Position numbers and translations under genes: made by a program
Origin: Macrostomum lignano
Taxonomy: Eukaryota
Assembly: GCA_002269645.1 (NCBI GenBank)
Contig: NIVC01001275.1
Span: 1 to 64,000, forward strand
Length of the DNA stretch: 64,000 bases
Reading direction: 5' to 3'
In this document: piece after piece, positions 12,067-26,600 of the stretch
Numbering within the stretch: position 1 is the first letter of the stretch
Layout of the letters: every line of letters starts with the position of its first letter
The notes under the pieces: model-generated
What the model saw: the letters and a program-made list of their open reading frames with translations, nothing else
What the model was told of the DNA's origin: nothing
The model's database searches: none

Positions 12067-15000
12067 ATGAATCTAACAGCCTTGACAACTGTCTGCATAC
12101 TTTTTCTGATAGCTGTGCATCACACAGGTATGTAGCTGAATCAGCATCAATACTTGTACATTAGTTGCAAGAATATTTATATCATATATTATGCCATAGA
12201 CAAAACCAATCCTGCACACCCGGAGAGATCTGTGCCATAGACACAACCAATCCTGCACACCCGGAGAGATCTGTGCCATAGACACAACCAATCCTGCACA
12301 CCCGGAGAGATCTGTGCCATAGACACAACCAATCCTGCACACCCGGAGAGATCTATGCCATAGACACAACCAATCCTGCACACCCGGAGAGATCTGTGCC
12401 ATAGACACAACCAATCCTGCACACCGGAGAGATCTGTGCCATAGACACAACCAATCCTGCACACCCGGAGAGATCTATGCCATAGACACAACCAATCCTG
12501 CACACCCGGAGAGATCTGTGCCATAGACACAACCAATCCTGCACACCCGGAGAGATCTATGCCATAGACACAACCAATCCTGCACACCCGGAGAGATCTA
12601 TGTCATAGACACAACCAATCCTGCACACCCGGAGAGATCTGTGCCATAGACACAACCAATCCTGCACACCCGGAGAGATCTGTGCCATAGACACAACCAA
12701 TCCTGCACACTCGGAGAGATCTATGCCATAGACACAACCAATTCTGCACACTCGGAGAGATCTATGCCATAGACACAACCAATCCTGCACACCCGGAGAG
12801 ATCTGTGCCATAGACACAACCAATCCTGCACACCCGGAGAGATCTGTGCCATAGACACAACCAATCCTGCACACCCGGAGAGATCTGTGCCATAGACACA
12901 ACCAATCCTGCACACCCGGAGAGATCTGTGCCATAGACACAACCAATCCTGCACACCCGGAGAGATCTGTGCCATAGACACAACCAATCCTGCACACCCG
13001 GAGAGATCTTTGCCATAGACACAACCAATCCTGCACACCCGGAGAGATCTGTGCCATAGACACAACCAATCCTGCACACCCGGAGAGATCTATGCCATAG
13101 ACACAACCAATCCTGCACACCCGGAGAGATCTGTGCCATAGACACAACCAATCCTGCACACCCGGAGAGATCTATGCCATAGACACAACCAATCCTGCAC
13201 ACCCGGAGAGATCTATGTCATAGACACAACCAATCCTGCACACCCGGAGAGATCTGTGCCATAGACACAACCAATCCTGCACACCCGGAGAGATCTTTGC
13301 CATAGACACAACCAATCCTGCACACCCGGAGAGATCTGTGCCATAGACACAACCAATCCTGCACACCCGGAGAGATCTATGCCATAGACACAACCAATCC
13401 TGCACACCCGGAGAGATCTGTGCCATAGACACAACCAATCCTGCACACCCGGAGAGATCTATGCCATAGACACAACCAATCCTGCACACCCGGAGAGATC
13501 TATGTCATAGACACAACCAATCCTGCACACCCGGAGAGATCTGTGCCATAGACACAACCAATCCTGCACACCCGGAGAGATCTTTGCCATAGACACAACC
13601 AATCCTGCACACCCGGAGAGATCTGTGCCATAGACACAACCAATCCTGCACACCCGGAGAGATCTATGCCATAGACACAACCAATCCTGCACACCCGGAG
13701 AGATCTGTGCCATAGACACAACCAATCCTGCACACCCGGAGAGATCTATGCCATAGACACAACCAATCCTGCACACCCGGAGAGATCTATGTCATAGACA
13801 CAACCAATCCTGCACACCCGGAGAGATCTGTGCCATAGACACAACCAATCCTGCACACCCGGAGAGATCTGTGCCATAGACACAACCAATCCTGCACACT
13901 CGGAGAGATCTATGCCATAGACACAACCAATTCTGCACACTCGGAGAGATCTATGCCATAGACACAACCAATCCTGCACACCCGGAGAGATCTGTGCCAT
14001 AGACACAACCAATCCTGCACACCCGGAGAGATCTGTGCCATAGACACAACCAATCCTGCACACCCGGAGAGATCTGTGCCATAGACACAACCAATTCTGC
14101 ACACCCGGAGAGATCTGTGCCATAGACACAACCAATCCTGCACACCCGGAGAGATCTGTGCCATAGACACAACCAATCCTGCACACCCGGAGAGATCTGT
14201 GCCATAGACACAACCAATCCTGCACACCCGGAGAGATATGTGCCATAGACACAACCAATCCTGCACACCCGGAGAGATCTGTGCCATAGACACAATCAAT
14301 CCTGCACACCTGGAGAGATCTATGCCATAGACACAACCAATCCTGCACACCCGGAGAGATCTGTGCCATAGACACAACCAATCCTGCACACCCGGAGAGA
14401 TCTATGCCATAGACACAACCAATCCTGCACACCCGGAGAGATCTATGCCATAGACACAACCAATCCTGCACACCCGGAGAGATCTGTGCCATAGACACAA
14501 CCAATCCTGCACACCCGGAGAGATCTATGTCATAGACACAACCAATCCTGCACACCCGGAGAGATCTATGCCATAGACACAACCAATCCTGCACATCCGG
14601 AGAGATCTATGCCATAGACACAACCAATCCTGCACACCCGGAGAGATCTGTGCCATAGACACAACCAATCCTGCACACCCGGAGAGATCTATGCCATAGA
14701 CACAACCAATCCTGCACACCCGGAGAGATCTATGCCATAGACGCAACCAATCCTGCACACCCGGAGAGATCTGTGCCATAGACACAACCAATCCTGCACA
14801 CCCGGAGAGATCTATGCCATAGACACAACCAATCCTGCACACCCGGAGAGATCTATGCCATAGACACAACCAATCCTGCACACCCGGAGAGATCTATGCC
14901 ATAGACACAACCAATCCTGCACACCCGGAGAGATCTATGCCATAGACACAACCAATCCTGCACACCCGGAGAGATCTATGCCATAGACACAACCAATTCT

Positions 15001-17688
15001 GCACACCCGGAGAGATCTGTGCCATAGACACAACCAATCCTGCACACCCGGAGAGATCTGTGCCATAGACACAACCAATCCTGCACACCCGGAGAGATCT
15101 GTGCCATAGACACAACCAATCCTGCACACCCGGAGAGATCTGTGCCATAGACACAACCAATCCTGCACACCCGGAGAGATCTGTGCCATAGACACAACCA
15201 ATCCTGCACACCCGGAGAGATCTGTGCCATAGACACAACCAATCCTGAACACAGAAAAAAACTTACATCTTCGGTAGCAAAATCTAATTCAGCAGTTTAA
15301 ATTTCTGCCTCAACAGAACAGCTCACAGCTAATGGGACCATGACTGCTCCGCCGCCGACGACTGCCCATACGACTACGACCGCCCCACCGCCAACGACAT
15401 CGACAAATTCGACGACAGCGGCCAGCACGGCCAGCCCGGCCACAACTCGCACCTCAGCAGCCACAACCGCCCAGTCTACCAGTGCATCCACCACCAGTGC
15501 ATCCACCACCAGCGCATCCACCACCAGTGCATCCACCACCAGTGCATCCACCACTGCCAAGCCCAGCCCGACAACAACTACTTCTACTACTAGTACTACA
15601 ACTACTACGTCTACGACTACAACTACAACTACCACGGCGGCCACAACTACAGCTAAGAAGAAGCCAAAGCGACTGTGCAAGTTTCCGTTCTGGCATCGGA
15701 ACGAGTGGCAGCACGAGTGCATGCCATACGGCTCCAAGGGCGCGCACTGGTGCTCGCTGACTCGGAACTTCACTAGGGATGAGGAGTGGCGAGACTGCGC
15801 TAGTGAGCTGGGATTGAGAGCTGGGATTATTAGGATTGAGAACTGGGATTATTAGGATTGGGAACTGGGATTATTAGGATTGGGAACTGGGATTACTAGG
15901 ATTGGGAACTGGGATTTCCGGGATTGGGAACTGGATGACTGGGATTGGGAAGTGGGATTACTGGGATTGGGAAGTGGGATTACTGGGATAACTGGGATTG
16001 GGAAGTGGGATTACTGGGATTGGGAAGTGGGATTACTGGGATTACTGGGATTGGGAAGTGGGATTACTGAGATTGGGAAGTGGGATTACTGAGATTGGGA
16101 AGGGGGATTACTGGGATTGGGAAGTGGGATTACTGGGATTACTGGATTGGGAAGTGGGATTACTGAGATTGGGAAGTGGGATTACTGAGATTGGGAAGGG
16201 GGATTACTGGGATTGGGAAGTGGGATTACTGGGATTGGGAAGTGGGATGACTGGGATTGGGAGTGGGATTACTGGGATTACTGGGATTGGGAAGTGGGAT
16301 TACTGGGATTACTGAGATTGGGAAGTGGGATTACTGGGATTGGGAAGTGGAATTACTGGGATTGGGAAGTGGGATTACTGGGATTGGGAAGTGGGATTAC
16401 TGGGATTGGGAAGTGGGATTATTATGATTAGGAATGTGACTGAGAAGTTTGATTTCTGAAGTCCGGAGCTATTAAAGCGCCATCAGAAATATTTCAAACC
16501 TGCAGGATACGACCTGATGCGGTACAAGTGCTCTGTGCCATTCCACCACGCGGGCAAGACGCACACCGAGTGCCAGCCGCTGCAGCTGGAGCCACTGGCC
16601 CGGCGAATCTTCTGGTGCTCCCTGGTGCCCAGCATCTCCAGCGTCACCTGGGCGAACCTCGGCACCGACTGGACCTTCTGCGAGGCGGCCAACGCCACCG
16701 GCCCCGACTACCTGAAATCCGTGGCCGGCTATCGTAGCCAGGCCGACGCCCAGATTCACGGTAACCATGGCAACAAGAATGACACAACTATGGCGAAACT
16801 TATTGAGCACGCTGTGCAGCAGGCGGGCGACTCAAAATCGGCGAATTCCGATGGCGACTCCACCGGAAGTGGCGGAGCCGCAGCCGCCACGCCGAGCTCC
16901 GTGCTGGGCGTCGCTCTGGGCATCGTTGGTCTGATCTTGGCCGCTGTGGCCGTGGCGGCCGCCTTTGCCGTGCACAGGAGGTAATTCAGGGGGTGAGAAA
17001 CTGTCTCTGATGTGATAAGCGCCTTGAGATTTTCTAACTCTTTACTTCAGTGATTAGAGGTCCGCATTTCATGCTTCACCATTCACAATTCACGATTCAC
17101 GATTCACACTTTATCATTCACAATTCACGATTCACGATTCACGCTTTATCATTCACGAATCAAGATTCCCGATTCACGATTCACAACTCACGGTTCACGA
17201 TTCATGATTCACGATTCACGCTTTACCATTCGCGATTCACGATTCACGCTTCATGATTTGTGATTCACAATTCACACTATACTATTCGTGATTCACGATT
17301 CACGCTTTATAATTCACGACTCACGATTCATGGTTCACGATTCATGATTCACGATTCACGCTTTACCATTCGCGATTCGTGATTCGTGCTTTAAGATTCA
17401 CGATTCATAATTCACAACTCAAGATTCTCGATTCACGCTTCGTATTCTTAAATTATTGCACGATCTCAGTTCGCCACTTCACACGCTTTTTAAACTACTG
17501 TCGAGCTTCATAGTAGTCTGAAAGGGTTTTTAATTGAAGAATCAAGCTGGGTAAGAATAATTGCTATTAAACGAGCAATCCACCGGGCCCATTCCAGAAA
17601 TCAGTACAAGCGGATCGATCCGCTGCTCTCGTCTGAGCAGGGAGCCGACAAAAGCAGCTACGGTGGAATGCAGGCCTATCACGACTGA
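12067..17688 (+). CDS. Type I membrane protein: signal peptide, Thr/Ser mucin stalk, two fibronectin type II-like domains, TM, short Tyr-containing tail; join(12067..12127,15317..15802,16506..16980,17598..17688), 370 aa
   Basis: All three introns are GT..AG with compatible phases (1,1,2), and the exons total 1113 nt with no stop before the terminal TGA. Signal peptide MNLTALTTVCILFLIAVHHT. FN2-like CKFPFWHRNEWQHECMPYGSKGAHWCSLTRNFTRDEEWRDC and CSVPFHHAGKTHTEC...FWCSLV...DWTFC. TM VLGVALGIVGLILAAVAVAAAFAV. Tail HRRNQYKRIDPLLSSEQGADKSSYGGMQAYHD. Confidence 0.85.
12192..15250. repeat. 41-bp minisatellite (GCCATAGACACAACCAATCCTGCACACCCGGAGAGATCTGT), ~74 copies, intron 1 of the FN2 gene
   Basis: Head-to-tail copies with only point variants and no spacers. 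Confidence 0.97.
15810..16430. repeat. GGGATT/ACTGGGATT-based minisatellite, intron 2 of the FN2 gene
   Basis: Begins a few nt after the donor GT at 15803. Confidence 0.9.
17065..17450. repeat. 7-bp (TTCACGA)n degenerate repeat, intron 3 of the FN2 gene
   Basis: Visible periodicity. Confidence 0.88.
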
Positions 17689-18004
17689 CCGCGGCTCTGT
17701 CGCTTCCTCATCTTGCTTGCAATTTGTTCCTTATTAAACGTTTACTAATCATTGAAACTTCATGCTTATAATTATGATCAAACAATACAATTTAAACAGC
17801 TCATGCTGCCGTGTACGGCATTAACTTAAAATCTGATCGCTTGTGAGCTTGCCGATCACCATCCAGGGCGCGGGTTTTATTGTTTGATTTTTGAAGTGAT
17901 TTCATTCCAAGAAAGAATTATTCTGCGTCTGCCCATTCAGTGATAAAAATTAGAGAACTCATTGTGCTTTTCTGTGAATGGATCATCTCAGTGTATTCTC
18001 CCTA

Positions 18005-18305
18005 GATATTAGTCCAGTCTCACTAGATTTCAGTCCAATTCTCACTAGATTTCAGTCTAGTCTCACTAGATTTCAGTCCAGTCTCACTAAATCTCAGTCT
18101 AGTCTCACTAGATCTCATTTCAGTCTCACTAGATCTCAGTCCAGTCTCACACTTAGATCTTAGTCCAGTCTCACTCGATCTCAGTAATCTCATTCCAGTC
18201 TCACTAGATCTCAGTCCAGTCTCACACTTAGATCTTAGTCCAGTCTCACTAGATCTCAGTAATCTCAGTCCAGTATCACTAGATCTCAGTACAGTCTCGC
18301 TAGAT
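18005..18305. repeat. ~21-bp degenerate tandem repeat (TCTCACTAGATCTCAGTCCAG)
   Basis: About 13 degenerate copies. Confidence 0.85.
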
Positions 18306-19075
18306 CTCTGGGCTCTGAGTGTCTGTGATGACGAATGTCACTCAATTGTGATCAGGCGATATTTCGGTTGCTTGCATAATTTCAATGTACTTCAGTCAAG
18401 TTATAAGAAACTTTTATGTATTACTCTACTAATAGTAGAAAGGAAATACGTTACCAATAAAATCATTAAAATGTTTATTACATCTGCTGCCCTGGAAAAA
18501 TTAGCAGGTCTTAATCACTTCACTACATAAGGGTTGCAACTTTCTTAGTCATTTCTTATAGTTCATCTGCACTCGTCTCTGTTTACTGTTTTCTCTCCCT
18601 CTCTGTCCAGTTCAATCTTGTCATTCTTATCTCTCCCATTGCTGCCTTCTGATTGGCTGTTCAATCTCGCCTCTTTCCTTAGTCGCGCACTTCACTCCAC
18701 CCCTCCTTTTCCTATTTGCACTCAACCCCCAGTTAATGTCTTTTAAATGTACCTGTTTAAGTTCATCGCCCTACTTACTGTTTGGTTTCAACTCTAATCG
18801 AAAAGTTTTCCTAAATAAAATTTCATCACACAGAGCTGTCAGTTGAAGCAAAAGCTCGAAAACTCGATGAAAGTGTAGCGTTTACTAAAGGTTATTTTGT
18901 TTGTGGAGTTAAATTGCCGCGATATTTCTGAACCATAGGACATCGTGACAGCCAACATCCGGTTACCGGAAAGACCAACCGAAAAATGATTCCAGCGATC
19001 AACCTCTCTATTCTGACAGTATAAAATCAACAGTATTCACAATTGCAGCCAGTTCCCGGACAAGCATCTCCAATT

Positions 19076-20254
19076 ATGCTGCTAGTAGTTCAACTGTTTC
19101 TGCTGTTGCTGCTGAATCTGCAGGTGCAGGCATCAGAGTCGTCCAACAACCAAGAGCGATGCGAACCAATCGCAGTTCCAATGTGTCAGGGGCTTGGCTA
19201 CAATTTTACCACCAAGACGCATAGTCTGATGGGCAGTGACCAAGAAGAGATTGGCCTTAATCTGCACTCATTCAGGCCGCTGGTCCAGGTTGGATGCTCA
19301 AAGGACCTGAAATTCTTTCTCTGCTCTGCCGCACTTCCGATGTGCGCACCGAGTTACGCGCGGCCAATTGGTCCATGCCGTCATCTGTGTAAGAGAGCTC
19401 GGCGAGGCTGCCGACCCTTGATGCGGAAGTACGGATTCGACTGGCCAAGTATGCTCAGGTGCAGTCGCTTCCCGGATGCTGGAGGAAACAGACTGTGTTT
19501 GGGGGACCTGGATAGCGGTGGCGGTAGCTTCGGAAGCGGAAGCGCCGACCGAGATGGGAGCGGAAGCGCCGACCGAGATGGGAGCGGAAGCGCCGACCGA
19601 GATGGGAGCGGAAGCGCCGACCGAGATGGGAGCGGAAGCGCCGACCGAGATGGGAGCGGAAGCGGCGACCGAGATGGGAGCGGAAGCGCCGACCGAGATG
19701 GGAGCGGAAGCGCCGACCGAGATGGGAGCGGAAGCGGCGACCGAGATGGGAGCGGAAGCGCCGACCGAGATGGGAGCGGAAGCGGCGACCGAGACGGAAG
19801 CGGAAGCGGCGACCGAGACGGAAGCGGAAGCGGCGACCGAGACGGAAGCGGAAGCGCCGACCGAGATGGGAGCGGAAGCGCCGACCGAGATGGGAGCGGA
19901 AGCGCCGACCGAGATGGGAGCGGAAGCGCCGACCGAGATGGGAGCGGAAGCGCCGACCGAGATGGGAGCGGAAGCGCCGACCGAGATGGGAGCGGAAGCG
20001 CCGACCGAGATGGGAGCGGAAGCGCCGACCGAGATGGGAGCGGAAGCGCCGACCGAGATGAGAGCGGAAGCGGCGACCGAGACAGAAGCGGAAGCGGCGA
20101 CCGAGACGGAAGCGGAAGCGGCGACCGAGACGGAAGCGAAAGCGGCGACCGAGACGGAAGCGAAAGCGGCGACCGAGACGGAAGCGGAAGCGGCGACCGA
20201 GACGGAAGCGGAAGCGCCAACGACGGCGATAGAAGCGAAACCTGCGAATGTTAA
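19076..20254 (+). CDS. Secreted Frizzled-CRD protein (sFRP-like, CRD closest in style to Fz5/8) with ~28 x GSGS(A/G)DRD repeats; no 7TM and no netrin domain; 392 aa
   Basis: Signal peptide MLLVVQLFLLLLLNLQVQA. Ten-Cys CRD: CEPIAVPMCQGLGYNFT...CSKDLKFFLCSAALPMC...PCRHLCKRARRGCRPLMRKYGFDWPSMLRCSRFP...LCL. The ORF is uninterrupted and ends ETCEC*. Confidence 0.88.
   Translation: MLLVVQLFLLLLLNLQVQASESSNNQERCEPIAVPMCQGLGYNFTTKTHSLMGSDQEEIGLNLHSFRPLVQVGCSKDLKFFLCSAALPMCAPSYARPIGPCRHLCKRARRGCRPLMRKYGFDWPSMLRCSRFPDAGGNRLCLGDLDSGGGSFGSGSADRDGSGSADRDGSGSADRDGSGSADRDGSGSADRDGSGSGDRDGSGSADRDGSGSADRDGSGSGDRDGSGSADRDGSGSGDRDGSGSGDRDGSGSGDRDGSGSADRDGSGSADRDGSGSADRDGSGSADRDGSGSADRDGSGSADRDGSGSADRDGSGSADRDGSGSADRDESGSGDRDRSGSGDRDGSGSGDRDGSESGDRDGSESGDRDGSGSGDRDGSGSANDGDRSETCEC
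19530..20215 (+). repeat. 24-bp coding minisatellite (GGAAGCGGAAGCGCCGACCGAGAT)
   Basis: About 28 copies, in frame with the CRD. Confidence 0.92.
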
Positions 20255-20639
20255 ATAGGCAGCAGAGACGGCAGCGGCATTGACGATTGACTCAACTATT
20301 CTTCTTCCAGTTGACGAAACTTTATGATGAATTTTACTCATGTATGAAAAATTTAATAATACAGACAACTACACGTCCAAGGCTTTAGGCTTCTGCAGGT
20401 GATCTCATTCTATGTGTAGTTTGGGTTTGACTTTGTGTTGCGTCACTATGTTTCCTCAGTCAAGCGGCGCTTAGGGCTAGCGCTTTTTCATGCATTTTTA
20501 ACTCCTGCTGATAGTTAAAAACACACACCGGCATTGTACGTCTACTTGCACCCTGGCACAATAGCAATTAGTGCATAAAACATAGATATAAAGATTTTCC
20601 TGGACATATTTGCGTTCTCCAGGATTTTATTCTGATTTG

Positions 20640-23600
20640 AGTGAGTGGGTGACTGACTGACTGACTGACTTGAGTGAGTGGGTGACTGACTGACTGACTG
20701 ACTGACTGACTGACTGACTGACTGACTGACTGACTGACTGACTGACTGACTGACTGACTGACTGACTGACTGACTGACTGATTAACTGACTGACACTATT
20801 TGACTGACTGACTGACTGACTGACTGACTGACTGACTGACTGACTGACTGATTAACTGACTGACACTATTTGACTGACTGACTGACTGACTGACTGACTG
20901 ACTGATTAACTGACTGACACTATTTGACTGACTGACTGACTGACTGACTGACTGACTGACTGACTGACTGACTGACTGACTGACTGACTGACTGACTGAC
21001 TGACTGACTGACTGACTGACTGACTGACTGACTGACTGACTGACTGATTAACTGACTGACACTATATGACTGACTGACTGACTGACTGATTAACTGACTG
21101 ACACTATTTGACTGACTGACTGACTGACTGACTGACTGACTGACTGACTGACTGACTGACTGACTGACTGATTAACTGACTGACACTATTTGACTGACTG
21201 ACTGACTGACTGATTGACTGATTGACTGACTGACTGACTGACTGACTGACTGATTGACTGACTGATACTATTTGACTGACTGACTGACTGACTGATTGAC
21301 TGATTGACTGACTGACTGACTGACTGACTGACTGACTGACTGATTGACTGACTGATACTATTTGACTGACTGACTGACTGACTGACTGACTGACTGACTG
21401 ACTGACTGATTAACTGACTGACACTATTTGACTGACTGACTGACTGACTGATTGACTGATTGACTGACTGACTGACTGACTGACTGACTGATTGACTGAC
21501 TGATACTATTTGACTGACTGACTGACTGACTGATTGACTGACTGACTGACTGACTGACTGATTGACTGACTGACACTATTTGACTGACTGACTGACTGAC
21601 TGACTGATTGACTGACTGACACTATTTGACTGACTGACTGACTGACTGATTGACTGACTGACTGACTGACTGACTGATTGACTGACTGACACTATTTGAC
21701 TGACTGACTGACTGACTGACTGATTGACTGACTGACACTATTTGACTGACTGACTGACTGACTGATTGACTGACTGACTGACTGACTGACTGACTGACTG
21801 ACTGACTGACTGACTGACACTATTTGACTGACTGACTGACTGACTGACTGATTGACTGACTGACACTATTTGACTGACTGACTGACTGACTGACTGACTG
21901 ACTGACTGATTAACTGACTGACACTATTTGACTGACTGACTGACTGACTGACTGACTGACTGACTGACTGATTAACTGACTGACACTATTTGACTGACTG
22001 ACTGACTGACTGACTGATTGACTGACTGACACTATTTGACTGACTGACTGACTGACTGACTGACTGACTGACTGACTGACTGACTGACTGACTGACTGAC
22101 TGACTGATTAACTGACTGACACTATTTGACTGACTGACTGACTGACTGACTGACTGACTGACTGACTGACTGACTGACTGATTAACTGACTGACACTATT
22201 TGACTGACTGACTGACTGACTGACTGATTGACTGACTGACACTATTTGACTGACTGACTGACTGACTGACTGACTGACTGACTGACTGACTGACTGACTG
22301 ACTGACTGACTGACTGATTAACTGACTGACACTATTTGACTGACTGACTGACTGACTGACTGACTGACTGACTGACTGACTGACTGACTGATTAACTGAC
22401 TGACACTATTTGACTGACTGACTGACTGACTGACTGATTGATTAACTGACTGACACTATTTGACTGACTGACTGACTGACTGACTGACTGACTGACTGAC
22501 TGACTGACTGACTGACTGACTGACTGACTGACTGACTGACTGACTGACTGACTGACTGACTGACTGACTGACTGACTGACTGACTGACTGACTGACTGAC
22601 TGACTGACTGATTAACTGACTGACACTATATGACTGACTGACTGACTGACTGATTAACTGACTGACACTATTTGACTGACTGACTGACTGACTGACTGAC
22701 TGACTGACTGACTGACTGACTGACTGACTGACTGACTGACTGACTGACTGACTGATTAACTGACTGACACTATTTGACTGACTGACTGACTGACTGATTG
22801 ACTGATTGACTGACTGACTGACTGACTGACTGACTGACTGATTGACTGACTGATACTATTTGACTGACTGACTGACTGACTGATTGACTGACTGACTGAC
22901 TGACTGACTGACTGACTGACTGATTAACTGACTGACTGACTGACTGATTGACTGACTGACTGACTGACACTATTTGACTGACTGACTGACTGACTGACTG
23001 ACTGACTGACTGACTGACTGACTGACTGATTGACTGACTGATACTATTTGACTGACTGACTGACTGACTGATTGACTGACTGACTGACTGACTGACTGAT
23101 TGACTGACTGACACTATTTGACTGACTGACTGACTGACTGACTGATTGACTGACTGACACTATTTGACTGACTGACTGACTGACTGATTGACTGACTGAC
23201 TGACTGACTGACTGATTGACTGACTGACACTATTTGACTGACTGACTGACTGACTGACTGATTGACTGACTGACACTATTTGACTGACTGACTGACTGAC
23301 TGATTGACTGACTGACTGACTGACTGACTGACTGACTGACTGACTGACTGACACTATTTGACTGACTGACTGACTGACTGACTGACTGATTGACTGACTG
23401 ACTGACTGACACTATTTGACTGACTGACTGACTGACTGACTGACTGACTGACTGACTGACTGACTGACTGACTGACTGACTGACTGATTGACTGACTGAC
23501 ACTATTTGACTGACTGACTGACTGACTGACTGACTGACTGATTGACTGACTGACTGACTGACTGACTGATTGACTGACTGACACTATTTGACTGACTGAC

Positions 23601-26600
23601 TGACTGACTGATTGACTGACTGACTGACTGACTGACTGATTAACTGACTGACACTATTTGACTGACTGACTGACTGACTGACTGACTGACTGACTGACTG
23701 ACTGACTGATTAACTGACTGACACTATTTGACTGACTGACTGACTGACTGACTGACTGACTGATTAACTGACTGACACTATTTGACTGACTGACTGACTG
23801 ACTGACTGACTGACTGACTGACTGACTGACTGATTAACTGACTGACACTATTTGACTGACTGACTGACTGACTGACTGACTGACTGATTAACTGACTGAC
23901 ACTATTTGACTGACTGACTGACTGACTGACTGACTGACTGACTGACTGACTGACTGACTGACTGACTGACTGACTGACTGACTGACTGACTGACTGACTG
24001 ACTGACTGACTGACTGACTGACTGACTGACTGACTGACTGACTGACTGACTGACTGACTGACTGACTGACTGACTGACTGACTGACTGACTGACTGACTG
24101 ATTAACTGACTGACACTATTTGACTGACTGACTGACTGACTGATTGACTGATTGACTGACTGACTGACTGACTGACTGACTGATTGACTGACTGACACTA
24201 TTTGACTGACTGACTGACTGACTGATTGACTGATTGACTGACTGACTGACTGACTGACTGACTGATGACTGACTGACACTATTTGACTGACTGACTGACT
24301 GACTGATTGACTGACTGACTGACTGACTGACTGACTGACTGACTGACTGACTGATTGACTGACTGATACTATTTGACTGACTGACTGACTGACTGACTGA
24401 CTGACTGACTGACTGACTGATTAACTGACTGACACTGATTTGACTGACTGACTGACTGACTGATTGACTGACTGACTGACTGACTGACTGACTGACTGAC
24501 TGATTGACTGACTGACACTATTTGACTGACTGACTGACTGACTGATTGACTGACTGACTGACTGACTGACTGATTGACTGACTGACACTATTTGACTGAC
24601 TGACTGACTGACTGACTGATTGACTGACTGACACTATTTGACTGACTGACTGACTGACTGATTGACTGACTGACTGACTGACTGACTGATTGACTGACTG
24701 ACACTATTTGACTGACTGACTGACTGACTGACTGATTGACTGACTGACACTATTTGACTGACTGACTGACTGACTGATTGACTGACTGACTGACTGACTG
24801 ACTGACTGACTGACTGACTGACTGACACTATTTGACTGACTGACTGACTGACTGACTGATTGACTGACTGACACTATTTGACTGACTGACTGACTGACTG
24901 ACTGACTGACTGACTGACTGATTAACTGACTGACACTGACTGACTGACTGACTGACTGACTGATTGACTGACTGACACTATTTGACTGACTGACTGACTG
25001 ACTGACTGACTGACTGACTGACTGACTGACTGACTGACTGACTGACTGACTGACTGACTGATTAACTGACTGACACTATTTGACTGACTGACTGACTGAC
25101 TGACTGACTGACTGACTGACTGACTGACTGACTGATTAACTGACTGACACTATTTGACTGACTGACTGACTGACTGACTGATGATTAACTGACTGACACT
25201 ATTTGACTGACTGACTGACTGACTGACTGACTGACTGACTGACTGACTGACTGACTGACTGACTGACTGACTGACTGACTGACTGACTGACTGACTGACT
25301 GACTGACTGACTGACTGACTGACTGACTGACTGACTGACTGACTGACTGACTGATTGACTGACTGACTGACTGACTGACTGACTGACTGACTGACTGATT
25401 AACTGACTGACACTATATGACTGACTGACTGACTGACTGATTAACTGACTGACACTATTTGACTGACTGACTGACTGACTGACTGACTGACTGATTAACT
25501 GACTGACACTATTTGACTGACTGACTGACTGACTGATTGACTGATTGACTGACTGACTGACTGACTGACTGACTGACTGATTGACTGACTGATACTATTT
25601 GACTGACTGACTGACTGACTGATTGACTGACTGACTGACTGACTGACTGACTGACTGACTGATTAACTGACTGACTGACTGACTGATTGACTGACTGACT
25701 GACTGACACTATTTGACTGACTGACTGACTGACTGACTGACTGACTGACTGACTGACTGACTGACTGATTGACTGACTGATACTATTTGACTGACTGACT
25801 GACTGACTGATTGACTGACTGACTGACTGACTGACTGATTGACTGACTGACACTATTTGACTGACTGACTGACTGACTGACTGATTGACTGACTGACACT
25901 ATTTGACTGACTGACTGACTGACTGATTGACTGACTGACTGACTGACTGACTGATTGACTGACTGACACTATTTGACTGACTGACTGACTGACTGACTGA
26001 TTGACTGACTGACACTATTTGACTGACTGACTGACTGACTGATTGACTGACTGACTGACTGACTGACTGACTGACTGACTGACTGACTGACACTATTTGA
26101 CTGACTGACTGACTGACTGACTGACTGATTGACTGACTGACTGACTGACACTATTTGACTGACTGACTGACTGACTGACTGACTGACTGACTGACTGACT
26201 GACTGACTGACTGACTGACTGACTGACTGATTGACTGACTGACACTATTTGACTGACTGACTGACTGACTGACTGACTGACTGATTGACTGACTGACTGA
26301 CTGACTGACTGATTGACTGACTGACACTATTTGACTGACTGACTGACTGACTGATTGACTGACTGACTGACTGACTGACTGATTGACTGACTGACACTAT
26401 TTGACTGACTGACTGACTGACTGACTGATTGACTGACTGACACTATTTGACTGACTGACTGACTGACTGATTGACTGACTGACTGACTGACTGACTGACT
26501 GACTGACTGACTGACTGACTGACACTATTTGACTGACTGACTGACTGACTGACTGACTGATTGACTGACTGACTGACTGACACTATTTGACTGACTGACT

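Noticed and set aside
12192-15250. CRISPR-like regular array of 41-bp units (likewise the 42-bp array at 32350 and the 26-bp array at 10127)
   Set aside because: Units are head-to-tail with no unique spacers, there are no cas genes, and the 41-bp and 42-bp arrays lie in spliceosomal introns.
19298-20368. Long overlapping ORFs in other frames or strands of the Fz-CRD repeat (ASAPISVG, LPLPSRSA, EAPTEMGA)
   Set aside because: The 24-bp unit is stop-free in several frames; only the frame continuous with the signal peptide and CRD has independent support.
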